64,000 nt of DNA, taken from the NCBI RefSeq assembly GCF_035299325.1, contig NZ_DATGWT010000041.1, forward strand, positions 28,709-92,708, given 5' to 3'. Made by a program: the position numbers and the translations under genes. Shown here one piece after another: positions 19,625 to 26,907 of this stretch (the first letter of the stretch is position 1; every line of letters begins with the position of its first letter). The notes below the pieces were generated by a model. The model saw nothing but the letters and a program-made list of their open reading frames with translations, had not been told where the DNA came from and made no database searches. The stretch is from Lacibacter sp. (lineage in GTDB: Bacteria > Bacteroidota > Bacteroidia > Chitinophagales > Chitinophagaceae).

Positions 19625-20449
19625 ATGAAAAAAAGTATTTTTACATTAATTACTTTTCTTACCTGTTCATTATGTTCTGCGCAATTCAGGGAAGAGAAAA
19701 TCGATTCAGTTGAATATTATCGTGTGCAATTACAGCAAATGTATCAGGCAAACCGTAATGCTTTAATAAATGACAGCAACTATAAAAATCTTCAAAACAA
19801 ACTTTCCCGGTTAACACTTCAGTCCGATCATTATAATGCTTTTGTAATTTATACATCTGTTTCATCGGCCGATTTTTCAAAATTTAATGCCGACAATGCC
19901 TTATCTGGCTTCCCGGCATTCAGTGGGAATATGGTTGGTTTTGGAATTGGTATGTCACGCAAACGAAAACGCAGAATATTTGAAATCAATTTCGGCATGG
20001 TAAGCCTTACCAAAAAAGCAAAAAAAGACAGCAGCGAAATAAAAACGGGTTATAACCATATCACGCAATTTGAGTTTGGTTACGACTTAATAAAAGATAA
20101 AAGGATAAACCTGTATCCTTACGTAGGTTTCGGTTTGCGTGAAATTAACATCTCTTACAATACTCCTTACAGAAGAAACAGTAACCCTGGAAATATTACG
20201 GAGGTAGTGAGCAATAACCAATCAGTTGGAGGCTCGCAATTTGGCCTGGGCGTACAGGCAGGTATTGGGTTGGATGTACTGATCACAAATAAGAATAGAG
20301 GAAATGGTACCATTCTTTTTATGAAAGCCGGCACTAATCAATTGCTCATTGGCAAGAGAAGTTTTAAGCTTGACGGATTCGAATATGACCCGAAATTAAA
20401 ATACAGCAACGTCGTTATTGCAGCTGGAATTAAGTTTTTTGGGAAATAA
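19625..20449 (+). CDS. outer-membrane beta-barrel-like protein
   Basis: The internal ATG at 19625 gives the signal peptide MKKSIFTLITFLTCSLCSAQ. The C-terminal part has alternating-strand, Gly-rich segments (GFGIGMS, GLGVQAGIGLDV). Confidence 0.5.
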   Translation: MKKSIFTLITFLTCSLCSAQFREEKIDSVEYYRVQLQQMYQANRNALINDSNYKNLQNKLSRLTLQSDHYNAFVIYTSVSSADFSKFNADNALSGFPAFSGNMVGFGIGMSRKRKRRIFEINFGMVSLTKKAKKDSSEIKTGYNHITQFEFGYDLIKDKRINLYPYVGFGLREINISYNTPYRRNSNPGNITEVVSNNQSVGGSQFGLGVQAGIGLDVLITNKNRGNGTILFMKAGTNQLLIGKRSFKLDGFEYDPKLKYSNVVIAAGIKFFGK

Positions 20450-20516
20450 CACAACAGCCACCCTGGTTAAATATAGCTTGTACAGGCCAGTCATATTGGC
20501 AAACTGTCATTTATAA

Positions 20517-20921
20517 TCATTTAAACTTTACATCTCTCCGTTCAAAATAAAGAATAAAAACACCCTCTACTCTAAATATAAGTTCCCGTTCAGTCAATTT
20601 CACGATCTCAGCTTTTGTATCATGCTGGCTTAGTATTCTCCCGTCAGCACTAATCCTGTATGTTCCACTGTCTTTGATTTCTATGCCTTTAGCTGTTTCT
20701 TTTTTTGAAACTACTGTTACCGAATCCAGAAAGGTTACCATTCCCCCCACCCCCTGTTCTTTCATAGCTACAGAATCATCAAATACCCGTAATAACTCCA
20801 TTTTCTTAAAGCTCCAGGTACCAATGATTAGTCGCTTATTACTTTCCTGGGCATGGCCTGAGTTAATGATTATGAAAAACATAAAAGCAGCAAGAATGGT
20901 TCTGCTGAAATATAAAACCAT
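20517..20921 (-). CDS. secreted lipocalin-like small protein
   Basis: It has a signal peptide (ILAAFMFFIIINSGHAQ). The motif IIGTWSFKKME resembles the GxW start of lipocalin-like domains. The start was chosen at the second Met. Confidence 0.4.
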   Translation of the reverse strand: MVLYFSRTILAAFMFFIIINSGHAQESNKRLIIGTWSFKKMELLRVFDDSVAMKEQGVGGMVTFLDSVTVVSKKETAKGIEIKDSGTYRISADGRILSQHDTKAEIVKLTERELIFRVEGVFILYFERRDVKFK

Positions 20922-21106
20922 TATACATTTTCGCCTCAGCATATGCAGCTCTTATTTGTTGGTTGTTATCAAATATAGTTTAATAAAAAAAATAAGCTTG
21001 CGCCAGATTCTCAAGCTGATTCATGGCCCACCAAAACAACAAAACAATTGTGCAGCAGGTTGCTGCACAATCGCTACTACTCTTCAATCCATATCATTTT
21101 ATATCA

Positions 21107-21135
21107 GCCCGGGGTCTGGCCTTAGCCGACCCCGG
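21107..21135. repeat. REP-like palindromic element, copy 2 (gcccggggtctggccttagccgaccccgg)
   Basis: It differs from copy 1 at 14582-14611 only in the loop. It is intergenic. Confidence 0.7.
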
Positions 21136-21194
21136 CGGTTAGAAATATATTCCATGACTTTTAACACCACAACTAACATTCATAGTCAGTCGAT

Positions 21195-21272
21195 CATTAC
21201 GTTCATTCCCAATCGTGCTGATTCGTGAAATTCGTGGCTCATTATCGGTGTTCATTCGTGCCCTCTGTGGCA
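21195..21272. repeat. dispersed short-period intergenic repeat (..aatcgtgctgattcgtgaaattcgtggctc..gtgttcattcgtg..tctgtggc), copy 1
   Basis: It aligns with 33139-33205 (cgtgcaattcatggctcttcatctgtgttcatctgcg..tctgtggc) and partly with 39950-39985. Confidence 0.6.
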
Positions 21273-21524
21273 CTACTTTATTGTTGAAATATCTATCTTA
21301 TCCAAATAAGTCTTCATCTTCTCTGCATTGGTACTCGCAAAAGAATAAAATGCCCTTCGCACATTATACTCCTTGTGCCATTCCACTTCCACATAAAAAG
21401 CATCGATCTGGTACAGCTTGTAACGGTTTACCTCATCAACCCGCTCAGCCACCAATGCACCATGCTCCCAAACAGCTTCCAGCTGTTCCAATTCATCCAG
21501 CCTGTTAAATTGATAGAGTGTCAT
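21273..21524 (-). CDS. small conserved hypothetical protein (83 aa)
   Basis: The ORF is intact, and a truncated paralogue lies at 17902-18084. Confidence 0.5.
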   Translation of the reverse strand: MTLYQFNRLDELEQLEAVWEHGALVAERVDEVNRYKLYQIDAFYVEVEWHKEYNVRRAFYSFASTNAEKMKTYLDKIDISTIK

Positions 21525-21774
21525 GGAGAGTTAAGATAATTCATTTTGAAATGCAACATTCGGCAGCAATGTTCTTACAACAATAATTGAAAAAATTTTG
21601 CAGGAGATAGCAACAGCAAGAATACTTTTTACACCTCCCGATTCCAACCCCTTTTCATAACATTTTTTTATTGGGTTCTTTTGATGATTGAATGTACTTT
21701 TTGTAGCTTTGCTGTGTATCCCTGTTATTCCGCTGTTCAGTTTTATAATGATTAAGATAGCAGGTTAATTTCTT

Positions 21775-21800
21775 AAAAGGCCACCAATTGGTGGCCTTTT
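21775..21800. terminator. perfect palindromic, bidirectional rho-independent terminator
   Basis: The sequence aaaaGGCCACCaattGGTGGCCtttt has a 7-bp GC-rich stem and a 4-nt loop. It has an A-run on one side and a T-run on the other, so a T-tract follows the hairpin on both strands. It lies 35 nt past the stop of the 21836-22171 gene. Confidence 0.7.
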
Positions 21801-21835
21801 ACTTTTCTCTAATATCCTAAATACTTTTGAGTTAT

Positions 21836-22171
21836 TCAATGGTCAGAACACTGAGAAGTTGATTGCAAGGATGTATAGTATTCTCTACCCCCCCCATGCT
21901 GCCAGCAATAACCTCCCGATCTTGAATTCCGGCTGCACCACGTTCCTTTCTTGGTCTTTGCAATGCATTGCGATGAAGAAGAAGGCTTAATAGTATTTGG
22001 CGAAGAATAACTCCGGTTCTTCGGAGCTGCACTTTTCTTACAAACCCCGCAAGTGCCACCACCACTGCACCCATTTACAACTGCTGCAATTGTTGCAGGC
22101 GGAATCTGAACTGCGGCCAGCGCACCTCGGTTGCTACATGTTTGTCGGTCTAAGAAATTTACTAAAGGCAA
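21836..22171 (-). CDS. small Cys-rich hypothetical protein
   Basis: The 111-aa ORF has a C-terminal CIAKTKKGTWCSRNSRSGGYCWQHGG motif (C-x9-C-x9-C-x2-H, zinc-ribbon-like). An alternative overlapping ORF exists, so the coding call is uncertain. Confidence 0.35.
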   Translation of the reverse strand: MPLVNFLDRQTCSNRGALAAVQIPPATIAAVVNGCSGGGTCGVCKKSAAPKNRSYSSPNTIKPSSSSQCIAKTKKGTWCSRNSRSGGYCWQHGGGREYYTSLQSTSQCSDH

Positions 22172-22878
22172 TAGGGAAAATAAGTAAGGTTAGTGCAATG
22201 CGTATAATCGGTACTTTTTTCGAAAGTTAAAATGAAACCCCATTTATGTAATCTAATGTTCCTTTCCTGCGGGCGCACTACATCAAAAATTATATGTTTC
22301 TTACATAGTTAGCCTGTATTTTACTTATTGCTGTATAATATTTTACAGTTAAATTGCCGGATATTTTTTGTAATTTCCTTTTCATTAAAAATTAAAACTT
22401 TCCATATGAAACAAGGTTCCAAACTGATCGTAAAGTACTCGAAAGCCGCAACGTAAACGTCCCGACGGTTATCAGGATGAAATACTCGACCTTAAGCAGG
22501 GTGTACTGCCTTAGAAATGGGGCGTTGATAGGAACCAGCAACAAATATCCTTGCTTGAGCTAAAAAGAAAGGATTGATGGTACTGCTGCATTAAAAATAG
22601 GGTTGTGATAATACGGAATTTTGATAAAGAGCAGTCGGTGAATGTGTTTGCGAATTCATTTAATTACTCCGTTTCTATAAATAATTCACTTCTAGCAACA
22701 TTATTCTAGTCTTGATCCTGTAGAAAAAACTGCGCAGCTAGACGAGGAAAAGATAGCATTGAACGATCGAATGTTGAAAATGAAAGATGAAATGATGGCA
22801 GATCTGAAAAGGTCGACGGAAGGAAAATAAACACTATAGCAAGATTATTTCGCACCAAACAATTTTTACAAAGTATAA

Positions 22879-24126
22879 ATGAGAAATTATCAGCCATTTA
22901 TTGCATCACTTAGAAAGTTAATTGAAGAATACCCTGGTAAAATCGAAAATCCATGGAAAAAATTGGCTATTAGCTCTGTAAATGGACTTGCGAGTAAGGA
23001 GCTTAGGAGTCTGGTATCTCTTGAAGAAAGGCGAGCAAGTGGAGCTTTTTTTACAGATACAGAATTAGGCTCTTCTGTGTTAAAATCGTATAATTTGAGT
23101 TTCGGAGAAAATGTAAATTTTTATGATCCCGCTTGTGGGGCTTCGAACTTATTGATTTCTGTAAAAAATCATTTCTCTGGTAAGTTGTCTAAGAAGAATA
23201 TATCATTGGAAGTATTTGGAACGGATATTCACAAGGAATTTATTGAAGCTTCAAAACTAAGATTAGAGATTTCAGACCTATTATTAAATTCAAGAAACAG
23301 CGACTACTCAAAAAAAATTTTAGTTGCAGATGGCTTAAAGTCAAATACGTTTTACCAAAATGCAACACACGTTATCACCAACCCTCCGTTTAACCAAATC
23401 GATTCCCCTTTTGATATTGACTGGGCATCTGGAAAGGTGTCAGCAGCGGCTTTATTTATTGATGTAATATCAAAAAATGTAAATCCCGGCACTGAAATAA
23501 TTGCAATCCTTCCTGACGTACTTAGAAGTGGTAGCCGATATGAAAAGTGGCGTGCACATATCAGCAATCATTGTGTAGTTACAGGTATTAAGCTTTTTGG
23601 GCAATTTGACAACTATGCAGATGTAGACGTTTTTTCAGTTTTTTTAAAGAAAAAGGAGCAGCCTTGTGAAGAGACAATTTCTCCTTGGATCACAACAACT
23701 ATTAATGAATCAAAGCTATCGGACCTATTTAATGTTAGTGTTGGGACGGTTGTAGACAATCGGGACCCACACAAAGGAATTAAAAGGCCTTATCTCATCA
23801 GTAAGGGCTTAGAAGGCTGGACCGAATGTAATTATACCGATTTGACACGAAAGCATAAAGGCAAAGCTATACAATCGCCTTTCGTTGTCATAAAACGTAC
23901 ATCAAGATTTGGCGATAACCATCGGGCAATTGCCACACTGGTTACTATTCCTGAACAGGTCTATGTAGATAATCATCTTATAGTACTTCAACCTAAAAAA
24001 GGGGGTATTGCAACCTGCAGAAGAATCTTGAAAATTTTAAAAACTAAATCTATTGATGATTGGATAGATTCACAAATCAGGTGTAGACACCTAACAGTAA
24101 AAGTTGTTTCAAACATTCCTCTATGA
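22879..24126 (+). CDS. gamma-class N6-adenine DNA methyltransferase (Eco57I/TaqI-like)
   Basis: Motif I FYDPACGASNLL (DPxCGxG) lies upstream of motif IV VITNPPFNQ (NPPF). The 415-aa protein has a C-terminal target-recognition-like region. The stop overlaps the next start (ATGA at 24123-24126). Confidence 0.85.
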   Translation: MRNYQPFIASLRKLIEEYPGKIENPWKKLAISSVNGLASKELRSLVSLEERRASGAFFTDTELGSSVLKSYNLSFGENVNFYDPACGASNLLISVKNHFSGKLSKKNISLEVFGTDIHKEFIEASKLRLEISDLLLNSRNSDYSKKILVADGLKSNTFYQNATHVITNPPFNQIDSPFDIDWASGKVSAAALFIDVISKNVNPGTEIIAILPDVLRSGSRYEKWRAHISNHCVVTGIKLFGQFDNYADVDVFSVFLKKKEQPCEETISPWITTTINESKLSDLFNVSVGTVVDNRDPHKGIKRPYLISKGLEGWTECNYTDLTRKHKGKAIQSPFVVIKRTSRFGDNHRAIATLVTIPEQVYVDNHLIVLQPKKGGIATCRRILKILKTKSIDDWIDSQIRCRHLTVKVVSNIPL

Positions 24127-26225
24127 GCACAAGTGCGTTCCAAAATGCTAGTATTCGTTTTTCAACTCAGATAATAAAGCGTCTGGGCGAAGAACTCAAT
24201 CCAAGTATCGATCAAAGTATTCTTGAATTAGTAAAAAACTCTTATGATGCCGATGCGACTACCTGTACAGTGACTTTAAGTAATGTTAGTGCAGAAGGTG
24301 GTACCGTAACAATAGAAGATGATGGTGATGGTATGGATGGGAGTGCAATTAAGAATAGTTATTTGGTATTGGGGCAATCTGAAAAATCCTTTTCAAAGCG
24401 AACTAGATTAAACAGGATACCCGCAGGTAGTAAAGGTTTAGGAAGACTAGCAGCACTCCGTATGGGAACAGCAGTGGAATTAGAATCGGTACCTTTAAAA
24501 GTTAGCAATAAATTAAATAAAACCAAACAGAAATTTGCTATTAAAATTGACTGGAATAAATTTGATAGTGCCAAACTTGTCGATGATGTTATTATACGGA
24601 TAAACAGCTCAAAAGTATCACCAAGTAAATCTTCTAGCACAACTGTATCCATAAAACATCTAAAAAACAAAGTAACAGAAAGAGACATTAAAAAAGTTGC
24701 AAGAGGTTTGATTTTACTTGCAGACCCCTTTGATGACGACCCAGATGCTTTTAAACCAGTTTTAAAGGCGCCAGAGTTTAAAGAGCTGGAAAAACTTGTT
24801 ACAAAAAGATATTTCGACGATGCAGATTATCACTTATCTGCAGTATTAGACAAAGATGGAAATGCATCAGCGGAAATTTTGGATTATAAAGGCAAAGTAC
24901 TTTTCAAGGCAACGCACAAGGAAATTACAGTAAAGCGAAAAAATAAAAAGTATAATTGCCCTGTTACTACTTTTGATCTGTGGGCCTTTATTTTAAATAG
25001 CACCTCTTTTTCAACAAGATCAACATCATTGGGAGAAGTTAAAGAATGGCTAAATGAATTTGGAGGTGTTCATGTTTACGAGAATGGGTTAAGAGTTAAT
25101 CCTTATGGCAATCAAGGAAATGATTGGCTTGACATGAACTTATCACGTGCCAGAAGCCCTGAAGAGAGGCCTTCAACCAACACTTCAATAGGAGTAACGA
25201 GAATTAGGGACTCCAAAGGGTTATTGAAGCAAAAAACTGATAGGTCTGGGTTTATTGAAGATGACGTATTTCATGAAATAAAAAATTTTTGTCAAGACGC
25301 TTTAGAGTGGATGGCAAAAAAAAGACTTGAGATCGCTGAGAAGAAACGAGCTAAAAGCCGTGAACAAACAGCTTCAGAATCCACTAATTCTAAGGAGAAA
25401 GTAAAGGAACAGATTAATAAGCTACGAACAAACGACAGAGTTCAACTTGTAAAAGCTTTTGAATCATATGACAAGGCAGTTCAGAGCCAAGTAAATACAT
25501 TAAAAGCCGAGGTACAACTATATAGAACACTTAGTACTGCTGGTATTACTGCTGCTACATTTTCCCATGAGTCAAATGGTAATCCTATTAAAGTTATAAA
25601 ACTTAATATCGATGCAATTGAAAGGCGATCTAAAAAATTTTTGGTGGGGAGGCTTGAAGAAAACCAACTATCCAAACCGATAGGTCTTATTCGGCGTGCA
25701 ATTAACTCATTAGCTGTCTTAGGAACTGCAACATTAAAATTACTTTCCAATGAGAAAAGGCGAATTACACGAGTCGAAGTACATGATATAATTAAAAATA
25801 CTCTTGAAACATTTACTCCATTTTTAAATGGCAGAGACATCAAACTGAGAACGGAACTAGCGAAAGGAACGCCGTATCTTAGAGGAAGCGAAGCTGCACT
25901 AGAATCAATTTTTACAAACTTACTTAACAATAGCCTGGTCGCAATTGAAAATGCTAATCCATCAGAACGTGCGATGCTTATTAAAACAGAAATTCAGGAA
26001 GATGTTTTGGTGCTGACCGTTTCTGACAATGGTACAGGAATCGAAGGTATTGCCTTAAAAGACATCTGGTTACCAGGGCAGACTACTAATCCAAACGGCA
26101 CGGGTCTGGGTTTGACTATAGTTCGGGATGCTGTTATGGATTTAGGGGGCTCGGTAAGAGCAAATCGTCATGGCGTACTTGGAGGAGCGGATTTAATTGT
26201 TGAACTACCTATAATCGGAAAATAA
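24123..26225 (+). CDS. dual GHKL protein: N-terminal MORC/Hsp90-like ATPase module, coiled coil, and C-terminal histidine-kinase core
   Basis: The N-terminal Bergerat fold shows ELVKNSYDADAT (N-box), IEDDGDGMDG (G1) and GSKGLGRLA (G2). A Lys/Glu-rich coiled coil follows (KKRLEIAEKKRAKSREQ...). The kinase core shows an H-box-like TAATFSHESNGNP, N-box IFTNLLNNSLVAI, G1 VSDNGTGIEG and G2 GTGLGLTIV. No TM segment is present. Confidence 0.8.
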   Translation: MSTSAFQNASIRFSTQIIKRLGEELNPSIDQSILELVKNSYDADATTCTVTLSNVSAEGGTVTIEDDGDGMDGSAIKNSYLVLGQSEKSFSKRTRLNRIPAGSKGLGRLAALRMGTAVELESVPLKVSNKLNKTKQKFAIKIDWNKFDSAKLVDDVIIRINSSKVSPSKSSSTTVSIKHLKNKVTERDIKKVARGLILLADPFDDDPDAFKPVLKAPEFKELEKLVTKRYFDDADYHLSAVLDKDGNASAEILDYKGKVLFKATHKEITVKRKNKKYNCPVTTFDLWAFILNSTSFSTRSTSLGEVKEWLNEFGGVHVYENGLRVNPYGNQGNDWLDMNLSRARSPEERPSTNTSIGVTRIRDSKGLLKQKTDRSGFIEDDVFHEIKNFCQDALEWMAKKRLEIAEKKRAKSREQTASESTNSKEKVKEQINKLRTNDRVQLVKAFESYDKAVQSQVNTLKAEVQLYRTLSTAGITAATFSHESNGNPIKVIKLNIDAIERRSKKFLVGRLEENQLSKPIGLIRRAINSLAVLGTATLKLLSNEKRRITRVEVHDIIKNTLETFTPFLNGRDIKLRTELAKGTPYLRGSEAALESIFTNLLNNSLVAIENANPSERAMLIKTEIQEDVLVLTVSDNGTGIEGIALKDIWLPGQTTNPNGTGLGLTIVRDAVMDLGGSVRANRHGVLGGADLIVELPIIGK

Positions 26226-26226
26226 A

Positions 26227-26907
26227 ATGTCAGTTGTATTATTAGATAGAGAAATCAATAAAATTCACGTCATTGATGATGATACAGATAGTCGTGAAAG
26301 CTATGGTCTAACCGTAGAAGAGATTGAAGTAGAAACCGTGTTGCAAAATGACCGTGTTGATAACATAGAAACTTTTTTACTGACAATTGGTAATCAAGAT
26401 GCCGTTGTATCGGATCATCATTTAAAGAAGAGCTCGAGTTATTTTCCAATGAACGGCGCAAATTTTATATCTAAATGTTATGATAGACACATCCCGTCTG
26501 TTCTTGTAACAAAATATGAAATGGCATCTTATCATGAAATAAGACCCTTTAAAAGAAATATTCCAGTAGTATTAACTCCTGAACAATTCAACCCTGACAC
26601 ACTTGTTAAAGCTTTAGAGTTATGTGTCGCCGAATTCAAAGGTAATCTTTCACAAACACGTAAAACATGGAAGACTTTGGTTCGTTTTGATGATGTTATA
26701 AGAGACGATGCTGGCAATAAAACGGTAGCGATGGCTATACTTCCTTCTTGGAACAGAAACATGGTTATTAATTTAAAGATGTTAGAACTTCCCCATGAAA
26801 TTCAAGAAATATCGGAACCAGATTTGCGCCTTTATGCGCAGGTAAATATAGATGCAGAAGATCCTTATGAATTATATTTTCAAAACTGGGAAATCATTAA
26901 AAAATGA
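26227..26907 (+). CDS. REC (receiver)-like protein with uncharacterised C-terminal domain
   Basis: The receiver-like pattern is KIHVIDDD (acidic pocket after beta1), DAVVSDHHL (candidate phospho-acceptor Asp after beta3) and PSVLVTKY (Thr after beta4). The roughly 90-aa C-terminal region has no motif I recognise. The start is 1 nt after the upstream stop, and the stop overlaps the next start (ATGA at 26904-26907). Confidence 0.6.
   Translation: MSVVLLDREINKIHVIDDDTDSRESYGLTVEEIEVETVLQNDRVDNIETFLLTIGNQDAVVSDHHLKKSSSYFPMNGANFISKCYDRHIPSVLVTKYEMASYHEIRPFKRNIPVVLTPEQFNPDTLVKALELCVAEFKGNLSQTRKTWKTLVRFDDVIRDDAGNKTVAMAILPSWNRNMVINLKMLELPHEIQEISEPDLRLYAQVNIDAEDPYELYFQNWEIIKK

Noticed and set aside
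21832-22230. Overlapping ORFs 21832-22074 (-) and 21997-22230 (+).
   Set aside because: They overlap the Cys-rich 111-aa ORF, have no motifs, and have Arg/Leu-rich composition typical of off-frame translation.
22706-22897. A 63-aa minus-strand ORF and a plus-strand coiled-coil fragment (LDPVEKTAQLDEEKIALNDRMLKMKDEMMADLKRSTEGK) upstream of the methyltransferase.
   Set aside because: The fragment is bounded by stops and has no start context. It is probably a gene remnant, and I mention it only as evidence of decay at the island border.
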